This document shows positions 1 to 10,017 of a stretch of 64,000 nt of DNA, piece by piece. Every line of letters starts with the position of its first letter. Position 1 is the first letter of the stretch. Both the position numbers and the translations under genes were made by a program. Origin of the DNA: Candidatus Binatia bacterium (GTDB lineage Bacteria > Desulfobacterota > Binatia > Bin18); the NCBI GenBank assembly GCA_963664395.2, contig OY761159.2, positions 1,216,001 to 1,280,000 on the forward strand, given 5' to 3'. The notes beneath the pieces were generated by a model, which was given only the letters and a program-made list of their open reading frames with translations, searched no databases and had not been told where the DNA came from.

Positions 1-1266
1 CAGTTTCAAGAAGCGACAAACGTTCTCAGCAAGCTGGTTATCCGTCACCCGGACTCGATCCTTGGCTATTATTATCTCGGCCAAACGCACGCGGCGACCG
101 AACAGTTGGATCAGGCGGAAACATATTACCACAAGGCGCTCGGCCTCAATCCACAGTCTGAATTGGTTCTCCTTGATCTCGCTCTTGTGTATGAAATGCA
201 AAAGAAAAATGCACAAGCCATAGAAGTGTATCAGAAAGCCCTGGCTATCAATCCTCGCAGTGAACAGGTGCGTAAACGGCTCGGACGTTTCTATCTTGGT
301 CAGAAGAAGCTTGACGATGCGTTGGATCAGTTTCGGGCGCTTGAAAAGATAGAAACAGACCCCCAGGAAACCCGTCTCAAAATCAGCCTGATCTATCGAG
401 AAAAAGGCGATTACGAAAAGGCCGTTACCGCCCTCACCCTCGTCTTAGCCTCCCAGCCTGAGAATCATCGCGCCCGCTACTTTCTCGGCGTCGTGTATAC
501 GGAATCCGAAGACGACGAAAAGGCAGCAGCCGAACTGTTACATATTCCTCGGCAGTCCGAGTATTTTGCAGACGCGCGCGTCTACCTGAGTTATATCTAC
601 CAACGCCAGGAAAATATCGCTCAAGCCATCACAGCAGTAGAACAGGCCCTCAGCGTCAAAGAGGACGACGTGGATCTCATTGGTTTTCTCGCCTCACTCC
701 ATCGCGAGAACAACAACCGCCCCAAAGCAGTCGAGCTCCTTGAGCACCTTATCGATATCGCCCCGGACAACGATCAGTACCACTTCACGCTGGGAGCAGT
801 ATACGACGAACTCAAAGAAAAGGAGCGCTGCATCCAGCACATGCAGAAAGCCATTGTACTCAATCCCGAGAATGCGGCAGCGCTGAACTACCTGGGATAT
901 ACGTGGGCAGAGCAAGGCGTTCACTTGGATGAGGCTGAGCAACTGATTCACCGAGCGCTGGCAATCGAACCCAACGACGGCTTTTATATTGATAGTCTGG
1001 GCTGGGTGTATTATCAGCGCGGGGAGTATATGGAAGCCATTCAGCACCTTGAACAGGCGGTTGAACTGGTCGATACTGATCCCACCTTGATTGAACACCT
1101 GGGAGATGCGTACTCCAAAATCGGGCGCAACTCAGATGCCTCCCGCGTCTACCAGGAAGCGATGAACAATACATCCGAAGAGGCACAACTCGATCGCTTG
1201 CGGATAAAGCTGAACGCGCTGGCCCCGGTGGGGATACACAAGACGAGCGGAAGTGGGCTCCAGTAG
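1..1266 (+). CDS. TPR repeat protein (5' truncated by window edge)
   Basis: Frame 1 is open from base 1. Multiple TPR helices and C-terminal ALNYLGY..AE / DSLGWVYY motifs typical of the large TPR protein found upstream of LolB-like genes. Confidence 0.9.
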   Translation, partial: QFQEATNVLSKLVIRHPDSILGYYYLGQTHAATEQLDQAETYYHKALGLNPQSELVLLDLALVYEMQKKNAQAIEVYQKALAINPRSEQVRKRLGRFYLGQKKLDDALDQFRALEKIETDPQETRLKISLIYREKGDYEKAVTALTLVLASQPENHRARYFLGVVYTESEDDEKAAAELLHIPRQSEYFADARVYLSYIYQRQENIAQAITAVEQALSVKEDDVDLIGFLASLHRENNNRPKAVELLEHLIDIAPDNDQYHFTLGAVYDELKEKERCIQHMQKAIVLNPENAAALNYLGYTWAEQGVHLDEAEQLIHRALAIEPNDGFYIDSLGWVYYQRGEYMEAIQHLEQAVELVDTDPTLIEHLGDAYSKIGRNSDASRVYQEAMNNTSEEAQLDRLRIKLNALAPVGIHKTSGSGLQ

Positions 1267-1282
1267 CATCATCACTTCGGGC

Positions 1283-2170
1283 ATGTCTCCCAGGCGCACG
1301 GCTCTCCCTTTTCTCCCATTCCCACGCGCAGGACGACGGAGGCGACACACGTCCTTCCCGTTCCTCTGGACCGTGGTTCTTGTCTGTCTCGTAGTCTGGG
1401 GCAGTGGCTGTGCTGCGCGCCGACCTTCCCGCCCCTCTCCTCCGGCCCCGCTCCCTTCCGCCCAAGAACTACTGGCACCGCTGGCGGCCAGACAGAAGGC
1501 CATCACCAGCCTCCGGGGGCTGGCGTCCGTCTCGTATCGAGATACGCACAACCGGGGTTCCGCCACGCAGGCTATCGCCCTTGCCACTCCCGACCGTTTT
1601 CGCCTTGAGCTGTTCTCGCTCTTCGGTGTGGCAGCAGTCCAGACCTGTGATGGGCAGCGTCTGGCGGCCTATTTCCCGCGCGATCAGGTGCTCTATCGCG
1701 GAGCGGCCAGCCCGATGAACATTGCCCGTTTTACTCAGGTGATGCTCTCCGCCCGCGAGGTCATACGCCTGCTGTCGGGCTTTCCCCCTTTTCCCATTGA
1801 GACAGACAGGACCGAACTGCGGGTGCGCCGCGAGTCGAACGGAGCATACTGGATCGATTTTCCACGCGCAGACGGGAGTTCCACCCTGCTGTGGTTCGAC
1901 CCGGACACGCACGACCTCTCGGGTTGGGCGGTGCGGGACCAGACCGGTGTTCTGTCCAGCCAGGGCACGCTCGCCGACTACCGCCAAGTGCAGGACATCT
2001 TTTTTCCGTTTGCACTGACCTTGTCTGATGGACAAGGAGCGCAGTATCTCGCACTGACGTATAAAGAGGTATCCGTCAGTGCCGATTTGCAGGCTTCCCT
2101 CTTTCGCCTGGGCGGCCTCGCAGGCGTACAGGAAATTGATATGGATGCCTATCTTCCGCACTCACCCTAG
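1283..2170 (+). CDS. LolB-like / DUF4292-like lipoprotein
   Basis: Hydrophobic stretch ending in lipobox-like WGSGC; PDRFRLELFSLFG motif; follows the TPR gene. Start uncertain (1253 or 1283). Confidence 0.6.
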   Translation: MSPRRTALPFLPFPRAGRRRRHTSFPFLWTVVLVCLVVWGSGCAARRPSRPSPPAPLPSAQELLAPLAARQKAITSLRGLASVSYRDTHNRGSATQAIALATPDRFRLELFSLFGVAAVQTCDGQRLAAYFPRDQVLYRGAASPMNIARFTQVMLSAREVIRLLSGFPPFPIETDRTELRVRRESNGAYWIDFPRADGSSTLLWFDPDTHDLSGWAVRDQTGVLSSQGTLADYRQVQDIFFPFALTLSDGQGAQYLALTYKEVSVSADLQASLFRLGGLAGVQEIDMDAYLPHSP

Positions 2171-2181
2171 AACGAGCCGGA

Positions 2182-2676
2182 CTATTCCACCGGGCCGTCT
2201 CTTTTGAATACCACCGCAAATCCGCGCCGGGCCAATGAGAATTTACGATCCGCGGATTGGGCATAGCGCCCGAACTGGCCTTGTTTTTGTTGTTGCACCC
2301 AGTCTGGAAAGGAGTCTTCAATGTTCATATGGGCGACTTCTTGGGGTGGTAGTAGAACGACGGCATCAGCTCCTACCTCGCAGGCTTTGTCTCGGATAAG
2401 CGCGTTCATGCTTTCCAGCCCGTCAATTTCGTTCCCATAGGAAACAATATGGACAAAGACGTCATGCGGCCGGGCCGGGGGGGAGGTCAGCATGTCCACC
2501 GGGCAATCGACCGGACGCGATTCCGGATAGATGGGGGCAATGCGCTCCTCAATGGCAACAGGTTTTGCCGGGCGCACAAAACATCCCACGAAAAAAATCA
2601 GCACAACACAGAACCACCAAGAGTGTGTACGCACGTTTCTCCCCTTTTGTCTTGTCGCCCGCGACCGGGATGTCAA
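2182..2676 (-). CDS. Hypothetical exported or lipoprotein
   Basis: Hydrophobic N-terminus with FVGC; KACEVGADAVV motif typical of small YbjQ-like domains. Confidence 0.5.
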   Translation of the reverse strand: MTSRSRATRQKGRNVRTHSWWFCVVLIFFVGCFVRPAKPVAIEERIAPIYPESRPVDCPVDMLTSPPARPHDVFVHIVSYGNEIDGLESMNALIRDKACEVGADAVVLLPPQEVAHMNIEDSFPDWVQQQKQGQFGRYAQSADRKFSLARRGFAVVFKRDGPVE

Positions 2677-2787
2677 TGAGTAAACGTGCCAACATCTGCA
2701 TGTCTATTGAGGGCGCGTTTACTCATTTTTGCCAGGTAGCATAGAATGCTCCCGGTGCGGGCGCAAGTCTTGCACTGGCCCTCCGCC

Positions 2788-3954
2788 CTAGTCTCTGAGC
2801 AGTTTCCGGGCAATCACCCAGCGATGCACCTCGGTTGGTCCTTCGAAAATCCGCATGGGCCGCAGACGGCGATAGATAAACTCAAGCGGCATCTCCTTGG
2901 ACATGCCCATACCGCCGTGCATCTGCATGGCTCGGTCAGCAACGCGGGTCGCCATTTCCGTGGCAAACACCTTGAGCATGGAGGCCTCCTGACGCACATC
3001 GTCTCCCTGGTCAAACTTCCAGGCTCCGTGATGCACCATCAGCCGTGAGGCGTGAATATCGATCGCCGAGTCAGCAATGAACCACTGAATGGCCTGGCGG
3101 TCGGCCAGCTTCTGGCCAAAGGTCACCCGTTGTTTGGCATACTCGACCATCATGTCCAGACAGCGCTGCGCCAAGCCGACACACCAGCTCCCGATCTCTA
3201 CGCGTCGGACGGTCAAACGTAATTGCATAGGCGCAAAGCCATGTCCTATTTCACCCAGGACATGAGAATCCGGGATCGTCATGTCCTCGAACACCAACTC
3301 CCAGGGGGCATGTCCGCCAATAACCGGAATCTGGCGTTGCAGCACAAGACCTGGGGTGCCTTTATCCACCAAAAACGCGGTAATCCCGCCGCGGGCGCCT
3401 TTGCCCTTTTCCGTCACCGCCATGACAATAATAAAGTCGGCGACATGCGCGCGTGAAATCCAGATCTTCCGCCCGTTGATCACCCACTGGTCCCCTTTTT
3501 TCACCGCTGAGGTCTGCATGCCGGCCGGGTCTGAGCCCGCGCCAGGTTCGGAAATGGCAATGGCCGACTGCGCCTTGCCCTCGGCATACGGCAGGAGGTA
3601 TTTCTCTCGCTGCTCGGGTGTACAGGTCTGCATCAACATGTGCAGATTGGGCGCATCGGGCGGAAAGGTAAACGGCGTAATAGTCTTATACAGTTCCTCG
3701 GTCGCCAGACATTTCGGCAGCGCGCCCAAATTCAACCCGCCAAATTCCTCAGGCACGTCCAGCCCCCACAGACCGGCTTCTCGGGCGACTGACAGCAAAC
3801 GTTCTTCGGCCTCAGGTGGCACCAGCTCCTCACCGGTCATGCCTTGCGTATCGCGCTCCAGGACCAGGGATTCAAGCGGCATCAGCTCCTGACGCACGAA
3901 ACGGCGCACCGTGTCCTGCAACATGCGGTATTCTTCGGGCAGTTCAAAATCCAT
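2788..3954 (-). CDS. Acyl-CoA dehydrogenase
   Basis: Start MDFELPEEY; AISEPGAGSD, INGRKIWIS, RVTFGQKLAD, IFEGPTEVHR motifs. Confidence 0.92.
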   Translation of the reverse strand: MDFELPEEYRMLQDTVRRFVRQELMPLESLVLERDTQGMTGEELVPPEAEERLLSVAREAGLWGLDVPEEFGGLNLGALPKCLATEELYKTITPFTFPPDAPNLHMLMQTCTPEQREKYLLPYAEGKAQSAIAISEPGAGSDPAGMQTSAVKKGDQWVINGRKIWISRAHVADFIIVMAVTEKGKGARGGITAFLVDKGTPGLVLQRQIPVIGGHAPWELVFEDMTIPDSHVLGEIGHGFAPMQLRLTVRRVEIGSWCVGLAQRCLDMMVEYAKQRVTFGQKLADRQAIQWFIADSAIDIHASRLMVHHGAWKFDQGDDVRQEASMLKVFATEMATRVADRAMQMHGGMGMSKEMPLEFIYRRLRPMRIFEGPTEVHRWVIARKLLRD

Positions 3955-4195
3955 ACAGCGTCCTTTCCACAACAGACTGCCGGACAGCCTAGCAGGATCG
4001 GACGCGGAAATGCAGGGGTGACGGTGGGCGGAACTTGCGCTCCTATACGCGGGGCCTATATGTCGAATGAAAAGGCATGGAATGATGGGGGGATGTACTG
4101 CCCAAAGTTGTGGAAGAATACAGTGCTTACCGGAAGGTGTCGGAAAATCGAATGCAATCGCTGACCAGCTCGAATCGTACAAATAGGGGTATGAG

Positions 4196-5488
4196 ATGGC
4201 GAAGATTGAAGGCTTCAGAGTAAAGAATTTCAAATCGCTTAAGGACGTGACATTGGGTCGGTTGTGGAATCAGCGCCAGAACGATCCGCTCACGCCCATG
4301 ACTGCGGTGATTGGTAAAAACGGGGTGGGGAAAAGTGCCTTGTTCGATGCGTTCGGGTTTCTGGCGGACGCCCTCAAGTTCGGCGTCGAGGAAGCTTGCG
4401 ACGCGCGCGGACGCGGCGGATTCGAGAAATTGCGGACTCAGGGAGAGACAGACTTCATCGAGTTTGAGGTATACTACAGAGAACGCTCTAAGGCCCGTCC
4501 CATTACCTATGAGGTCGCCATTGCAGCGGACGGGTCTGGGCGTGCCTACGTACGGAGCGAACGTCTCAGACAGAGACGGAGAGGCCAGAGCAAAGGGCGG
4601 CCATTCTCCTTCTTGTTGCTCAACAATGGGGAGGGCGTGGCTTGGAAGGGAGAACAAGCAGGTGAGCAGTTTAACGAAGAAGCAGAACCGCTCGACCTTC
4701 TTAATTTCATAGAATCCGTCCGAAAATCAGAAAGATCAGAGGAGTCCAGAGAGACCGAGATTATCGAACTGGAAGACCGGCGCAAGCTGGGCATCACCAC
4801 GCTTGGTGCGTTGAAACAACACCCGAGAATTTCTGCTTTTCGCCAATTCATCGAAGGCTGGTATCTGAGTTACTTCACCCCGGATGCGGCGCGCAGCCTG
4901 CCGCTGGCCGGACCACAGAAACATCTTAACATTCATGGGGACAATCTGGGCAACGTCGTGCAATTCATGGAACGCGAACATCCGAAGCGTTTCCAGTCCA
5001 TTCTGGAGGAGATCGCCGATAGAATTCCGGGCATAGACAAGATTAAACCGGAAAAAACCAATGACGGTCGGCTGCTGCTCAAGTTCAACGATAAGGGCTT
5101 TCAGGACCCCTTTTACGCCCAGCAGATGTCGGACGGGACGCTAAAAGTGTTCGCGTATCTTTTGCTACTCAATGATCCGACTCCCCCTCCGTTTCTGTGT
5201 ATCGAAGAACCGGAAAACGGCCTGTATCACAAGCTCCTGGAGACCCTGGCCCATGAATTCCGTGAACACGCAAGCGGACAGGGGGGAGGCTCGCAGATTT
5301 TCATCACAACGCACCAACCCTACTTCGTCAATGCGCTCGACCCGAAAGAGGTCTGGATTCTGGAAAAGGGCACGGACGGCTTTTCAACGATCCGGCGAGC
5401 AAGTGAGGATACGCTCGTGAACAACATGGTCGCGGAAGGCTTGCCGTTGGGTGGCCTCTGGTACAGCGATTATCTTGACGCGAGGTAA
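4196..5488 (+). CDS. ABC-type AAA ATPase (AAA_15/AAA_21, COG4637-like)
   Basis: N-terminal VKNFKSL, Walker A GKNGVGKS, signature MSDGT, Walker B CIEEPENGL, H-loop ITTHQP. Confidence 0.88.
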   Translation: MAKIEGFRVKNFKSLKDVTLGRLWNQRQNDPLTPMTAVIGKNGVGKSALFDAFGFLADALKFGVEEACDARGRGGFEKLRTQGETDFIEFEVYYRERSKARPITYEVAIAADGSGRAYVRSERLRQRRRGQSKGRPFSFLLLNNGEGVAWKGEQAGEQFNEEAEPLDLLNFIESVRKSERSEESRETEIIELEDRRKLGITTLGALKQHPRISAFRQFIEGWYLSYFTPDAARSLPLAGPQKHLNIHGDNLGNVVQFMEREHPKRFQSILEEIADRIPGIDKIKPEKTNDGRLLLKFNDKGFQDPFYAQQMSDGTLKVFAYLLLLNDPTPPPFLCIEEPENGLYHKLLETLAHEFREHASGQGGGSQIFITTHQPYFVNALDPKEVWILEKGTDGFSTIRRASEDTLVNNMVAEGLPLGGLWYSDYLDAR

Positions 5489-5492
5489 TCGG

Positions 5493-6155
5493 ATGCACTT
5501 TGAGATACTCGTTGAAGACCAGTCCGGTAAGACGATGCTTGAGATTCTGATTCCGAAGATTATTGGCGATCAGCATACATTCAGATTTCATGATTATAAA
5601 GGTAGCGGCCATATTCCTAAAAACCTCACAAGTAGTACCGATGCGCGCAAGCGCATTTTGCTTGACCAACTTCCCAGATTGCTCAGGGGGCATGGAAAGA
5701 CGTTTGCCGGCTATTCCCCCAACTATCCGGCAGCGGTGATTGTGGTGTGTGACTTGGATAACAAATGTCTGAAAGCATTTCGACAAGAATTATTTGCCGT
5801 CCTGAATGCCTGTAACCCCAAACCGGAGACTCGGTTCTGTATCGCTATAGAAGAAGGTGAGGCGTGGCTGTTAGGCGATCTTCCTGCGGTCAAAGCAGCG
5901 TACCCGAACGCCAAGGACAGTGTGCTAAGCCGTTACGAAAATGACTCAATCCGCGGCACGTGGGAACTGCTGGCCGACGCGGTGTCCAGCGGTGGCGTAA
6001 GTGGGCTGAAGAAGAAAGGGGGACAGGTCGTCGGTAGAGAAAAATCGGTGTGGGCAGAGAAAATCACTCCACATATGAATGTCGATCTCAACGCTTCTCC
6101 CAGCTTTCGCTATTTTCGAGAAAAGGTCCGAGACTTGGCGCAAGCGACGCCCTGA
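5493..6155 (+). CDS. DUF4276 family TOPRIM-like protein
   Basis: ILVEDQSG acidic strand, VVCDLD DxD motif, IEEGEAWLLGD and SPSF motifs; starts 4 nt after the ATPase stop. Confidence 0.75.
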   Translation: MHFEILVEDQSGKTMLEILIPKIIGDQHTFRFHDYKGSGHIPKNLTSSTDARKRILLDQLPRLLRGHGKTFAGYSPNYPAAVIVVCDLDNKCLKAFRQELFAVLNACNPKPETRFCIAIEEGEAWLLGDLPAVKAAYPNAKDSVLSRYENDSIRGTWELLADAVSSGGVSGLKKKGGQVVGREKSVWAEKITPHMNVDLNASPSFRYFREKVRDLAQATP

Positions 6156-6207
6156 GACGGTCACAGAGTCAGAGCCCGAATTACCTCTATTTAAGGTTAA
6201 AATACGC

Positions 6208-7524
6208 TCAACCCAGGCCGTGCTCGGCCTGCCAGGCCACCAGGTCTGAGAGTGCCCGGTCTGCGAGAGCGCGCTTTTTCTCACGGCCGCGTATACGCCG
6301 CGCGGACTTGCAGAGTCCGGGGAACAGCCCGTAGTTCACGTTCATGGGCTGGAAATCTTTGCGCTCGGGGTCGGTGACGTACGCAATCATGGCGCCCAGC
6401 GCCGTTGTGAGCGGCAGTGTCAACAGCGGCTGTGCCTTGACCTGAAGACCCGCGTTTCTTCCGGCCAGCCAGCCGGCCGCGGCCGACTCCAGATAGCCTT
6501 CGACACCAATCATTTGTCCGGCGAAGAACAGGTCGTCCCGCTGCCGAAACTGCAAGGTCGGCCTGAGCAGGCGGGGTGACTCGATGAAGGTGTTGCGGTG
6601 CAGGCTGCCGAGGCGGACGAACTCCGCGTTGGCCAGGCCGGGAATCATTCGGAAAATACGCCGCTGTTCGGGATACGTCATCTTGGTCTGAAATCCGACC
6701 AGCCCCCACAGCGTGCCGGCCCGGTCGTCCTGCCGCAGTTGCACGACCGCGTAGGGGCGCGTGCCGGTGCGCGGGTCGGTCAGGCCGACCGGCTTCATCG
6801 GTCCATAGGCTAACGTGTCTTTGCCGCGCCGGGCCATCTCTTCGATCGGCAGACAACCCTCGAAGTAGCGGCATTGCTCGAACGCCTTTTCCGGCACCTT
6901 TTCGGCGGCCAGAATGTCGCCAACGAGTCGGTAATACTCCGCTTGCGAGAGGGGACAGTTGAGATAATCATCGCCGCCGTAGTCATAACGCGAGGCCCGA
7001 AACGCCACCCGCGTGTCTATTGACTCGGTGGTCACGACCGGAGAAATGGCATCGTAGAAATATAGATACTCGCGGCCAAACAGTGCCCGGAGTTGTTCGG
7101 ACAGGGCCGGTGAGGTCAACGGACCACTGGCAATGACGGTTGGCCCGGACGGAATAGCTCGGACTTCCTCCCGTCTCACCTCAACCAGCGGATGGGCTGC
7201 CAAGGCATCCGTAATATACTGGGCAAAGACATGGCGATCGACCGCCAGGGCCTGTCCGGCCGGAACCCGCGCCGCGTCGGCCGCAACCATCACCAATGAC
7301 CCGAGGCGGCGCATTTCCTCTTTCAATAATCCAACCGCGGCTTCAAGCGCAGCACTCCGAAAGGAATTGGAACAGACCAGCTCGGCCAGTTTGTCCGTCT
7401 GGTGGGCGTCGGTGGGACGGACCGGACGCATTTCATACACGCAAACAGCCACGCCCTGCCGGGCGAGCTGCCAAGCCGCCTCACTGCCGGCTAAGCCGCC
7501 TCCAATAACGCTGACGGTCTGCAT
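6208..7524 (-). CDS. trmFO: FAD-dependent tRNA (uracil-54) methyltransferase TrmFO
   Basis: [48 protein letters not shown]. Confidence 0.97.
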   Translation of the reverse strand: MQTVSVIGGGLAGSEAAWQLARQGVAVCVYEMRPVRPTDAHQTDKLAELVCSNSFRSAALEAAVGLLKEEMRRLGSLVMVAADAARVPAGQALAVDRHVFAQYITDALAAHPLVEVRREEVRAIPSGPTVIASGPLTSPALSEQLRALFGREYLYFYDAISPVVTTESIDTRVAFRASRYDYGGDDYLNCPLSQAEYYRLVGDILAAEKVPEKAFEQCRYFEGCLPIEEMARRGKDTLAYGPMKPVGLTDPRTGTRPYAVVQLRQDDRAGTLWGLVGFQTKMTYPEQRRIFRMIPGLANAEFVRLGSLHRNTFIESPRLLRPTLQFRQRDDLFFAGQMIGVEGYLESAAAGWLAGRNAGLQVKAQPLLTLPLTTALGAMIAYVTDPERKDFQPMNVNYGLFPGLCKSARRIRGREKKRALADRALSDLVAWQAEHGLG

Positions 7525-7568
7525 GGCTGTTCTCTACCCTTCCCTTCCTGTCTTTGGAAGTAGGCCAT

Positions 7569-7594
7569 AAAAAAGGCGGCCTCGTGAGGTCGCC
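7569..7594 (-). terminator. Rho-independent terminator-like hairpin after topA
   Basis: Minus strand GGCGACCTC-AC-GAGGCCGCC followed by T6; one stem mismatch. Confidence 0.5.
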
Positions 7595-7663
7595 CTTCTG
7601 TTTTCCTTGTTCAAGCGCAGTTCAAGCATATACGTTTTACTGCTCCATCAGCTTACCACTCTA

Positions 7664-10015
7664 TCAACCAGCGTGAGCCATTGCTTCGACAGCCAGCTCG
7701 GTATTCTCCCGCTCGGGGCCGTCGGGGTCAATACGCACCTGATAGTCACACTCTTCGCGCACACACCGTCGGGTGGTCCCGGCCCGTTTGGTTGTCTTCT
7801 CGACCACAAACGGAGCCTGACAGTCCGGACAGGGGTCGGGGATAGGTCGGTCCCATAAGGCATATTTACAGTCGGGATAGCGCCCGCAACTGTAAAAGAC
7901 TTTGCCGCGGCGTGAGTATTTTTGCTGGAGTTCACCCGCATTACATTCGGGACATTTCACTCCGAGTGATTTGGATGCCGGCTGGCCTATCTTTTTGATG
8001 GTTTTACATTCCGGATAGCCCGAGCAACCGAGAAACTTACCATACCGCCCGTGGCGAATCTGCATGGGCCGCCCGCATTTTTCACACGTTTCATCGGTCA
8101 GAACGGATTCCTTTTCCTGCACGACAATTTCGCCGGTATCGTCCCGGCTGAAATTCCGCGTGGATTTACACTCCGGATAGTTGGAGCAGGCCAGGAACTC
8201 GCCGTTGCGGCCCCAACGCACGGTCATCTTTCCGTCTTCACACTCCTCGCAGGCAATAGCGGTCGGCACGCCGTCGCCTTTGACATCCCGCATCTCTTTT
8301 TCGGCTCGGGCCAAGTCTAAGGCAAACGGAGTATAAAACCGTTCAATCGCGTGCCGCCAATCTTCCCGTCCCTCTTCGATCTGGTCCAGCACGGCTTCCA
8401 TGCCGGCCGTGAATTCCGCATTCAAAATGTCGGGAAACGACCCGACCAATAAGTCGGTAATCAACATGCCCAGGTCGGTCGGGTGGAGGCGGCGCTGCTC
8501 GTCTTCGACCACATATTCTTTGTTCAGAATTGTGCCCATGATCGAAGCATAGGTGGACGGCCGACCGATGCTCTTGTCTTCCAACTCCTTAATGAGCGTC
8601 GCTTGGGTGAAGCGCGGCGGTGGCTGGGTAAAGTGCTGGTTGGGAATCAGTTTGCGCAGGGTGAGCGGTTCCCCTTCGGTGAGCGCCGGCAAGCGTTTTT
8701 CCGTATCGTCGTCCTCGCCTGTCTTGTCGTCTTTCCCTTCGGTATAGACGCGCAGGAAGCCGTCAAAACGAAGTACTTGGCCGGTTGCCCGGAAGATGCA
8801 CTCATGCGCCGCAATATCCACGCTGGTCTGTTCAAACTGCGCCGGCGCCATTTGGCTGGCCAGAAACCGATTCCAGATCAGGGTGTAGAGGCTCAACTCT
8901 TCTTTTTTCAAATACCGCGCAACCTGGTGAGGCGGATTTTCGAGTGATGTCGGCCGAATGGCCTCATGGGCTTCCTGGGCGGCTTTGCCCGACCGAAACG
9001 AAGGCGGCCGTGCCGGGACATACTCCTTACCATAGGTTGCGGCAATATGGCTCCGCGCAGCGGTCGTCATCTCTGGCGAAATCCGCGGGGAGTCGGTCCG
9101 CATATAGGTAATCAGACCGACTGCGCCTTCGTCTCCAAGTTCCACGCCGGCGTACAGGCGCTGGGCAATACCCATGGTGCGCGACGGCGAATAGCCCAGC
9201 TTGCGCGAGGCTTCCTGTTGCAGGCGCGAGGTAATGAACGGCGGGGCAGGATTGCGCTTGCGGTCTTTTTTCTCAATTTTTTGGATGGTCCACTGTGCGC
9301 CGTCCAAATCTGAGACAATTGCGGCCGCTTCCGCTTCGTTGCCGATCCGAAATTTCTTATTATCGACCTTGCGGTCACCCACCTTGAAGAGATTGGCCTC
9401 AAACGCGGGGGGGAGCGCGCCTTCAAGCGTAGCCGTAATAGACCAATACTCGACCGGCTCGAAGGCGCGAATCGTACGCTCACGCTCAGTGATGATACGG
9501 ACGGCCACGGACTGGACCCGACCGGCAGACAAGCCTCGACGGACTTTTTTCCAGAGCAACGGGCTAATCTGATAGCCGACTAAACGATCCAACACACGGC
9601 GGGCGATTTGGGCATCGTAGCGCTCCCGGTTTAACTCGGACGGGTTTTTGATCGCGTCTTGGACCGCTTTTTTGGTGATCTCATTGAGGAGGATGCGTTG
9701 GACGTTTTTGCCATCCCTGCCGAGTTTTTCCGCAATATGCCAGGCAATGGCCTCGCCTTCCCGGTCCGGGTCAGAGGCCAGAAATATCCGCTCTTTGCCT
9801 TTGGCAGCCTTTTTCAGGTCAGCAACAACTTTGGCCTTCCCCTGAATCACTTGGTATTCAGCAGTAAAATCATTCTCAATATCAACCCCGAGCTTGCTTT
9901 TGGGCAAATCCATGATGTGCCCAACCGAGGCTTTGACCTGATAGCCGGGACCGAGATATTTTCCAATCGTCCGGGCTTTGGCCGGCGATTCGACAATGAC
10001 GAGGTTTTTCGCCAT
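7664..10015 (-). CDS. topA: DNA topoisomerase I
   Basis: LVIVESPAKA, SDPDREGEAIAWH, SAGRVQS, ITYMRTDS, C-terminal Zn-ribbon repeats. Confidence 0.98.
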   Translation of the reverse strand: MAKNLVIVESPAKARTIGKYLGPGYQVKASVGHIMDLPKSKLGVDIENDFTAEYQVIQGKAKVVADLKKAAKGKERIFLASDPDREGEAIAWHIAEKLGRDGKNVQRILLNEITKKAVQDAIKNPSELNRERYDAQIARRVLDRLVGYQISPLLWKKVRRGLSAGRVQSVAVRIITERERTIRAFEPVEYWSITATLEGALPPAFEANLFKVGDRKVDNKKFRIGNEAEAAAIVSDLDGAQWTIQKIEKKDRKRNPAPPFITSRLQQEASRKLGYSPSRTMGIAQRLYAGVELGDEGAVGLITYMRTDSPRISPEMTTAARSHIAATYGKEYVPARPPSFRSGKAAQEAHEAIRPTSLENPPHQVARYLKKEELSLYTLIWNRFLASQMAPAQFEQTSVDIAAHECIFRATGQVLRFDGFLRVYTEGKDDKTGEDDDTEKRLPALTEGEPLTLRKLIPNQHFTQPPPRFTQATLIKELEDKSIGRPSTYASIMGTILNKEYVVEDEQRRLHPTDLGMLITDLLVGSFPDILNAEFTAGMEAVLDQIEEGREDWRHAIERFYTPFALDLARAEKEMRDVKGDGVPTAIACEECEDGKMTVRWGRNGEFLACSNYPECKSTRNFSRDDTGEIVVQEKESVLTDETCEKCGRPMQIRHGRYGKFLGCSGYPECKTIKKIGQPASKSLGVKCPECNAGELQQKYSRRGKVFYSCGRYPDCKYALWDRPIPDPCPDCQAPFVVEKTTKRAGTTRRCVREECDYQVRIDPDGPERENTELAVEAMAHAG

Positions 10016-10017
10016 GC

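Noticed and set aside
4067-4186. 39-codon ORF containing GVGKSN (Walker A-like), and an overlapping frame DVLPKVVEEYSAYRK reminiscent of a methyltransferase C-terminus, upstream of the ATPase
   Set aside because: Too short to distinguish from chance without a search. It could be a remnant of a lost defence gene but is unsupported.
3955-4233. Long N-terminal extensions in the ORF track (also for the UvrD helicase, MATE, LLM genes, prs, ispE, rpsR and the AMIN-TPR gene)
   Set aside because: They are non-homologous-looking upstream read-through that overlaps other genes, tRNAs or repeats, so starts were trimmed to the recognisable domain start.
5493-7524. Functional link between the putative TOPRIM nuclease and the tRNA-modifying trmFO
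   Set aside because: The genes are convergent and trmFO belongs to the conserved dprA-topA-trmFO block, so adjacency is probably just the insertion site.
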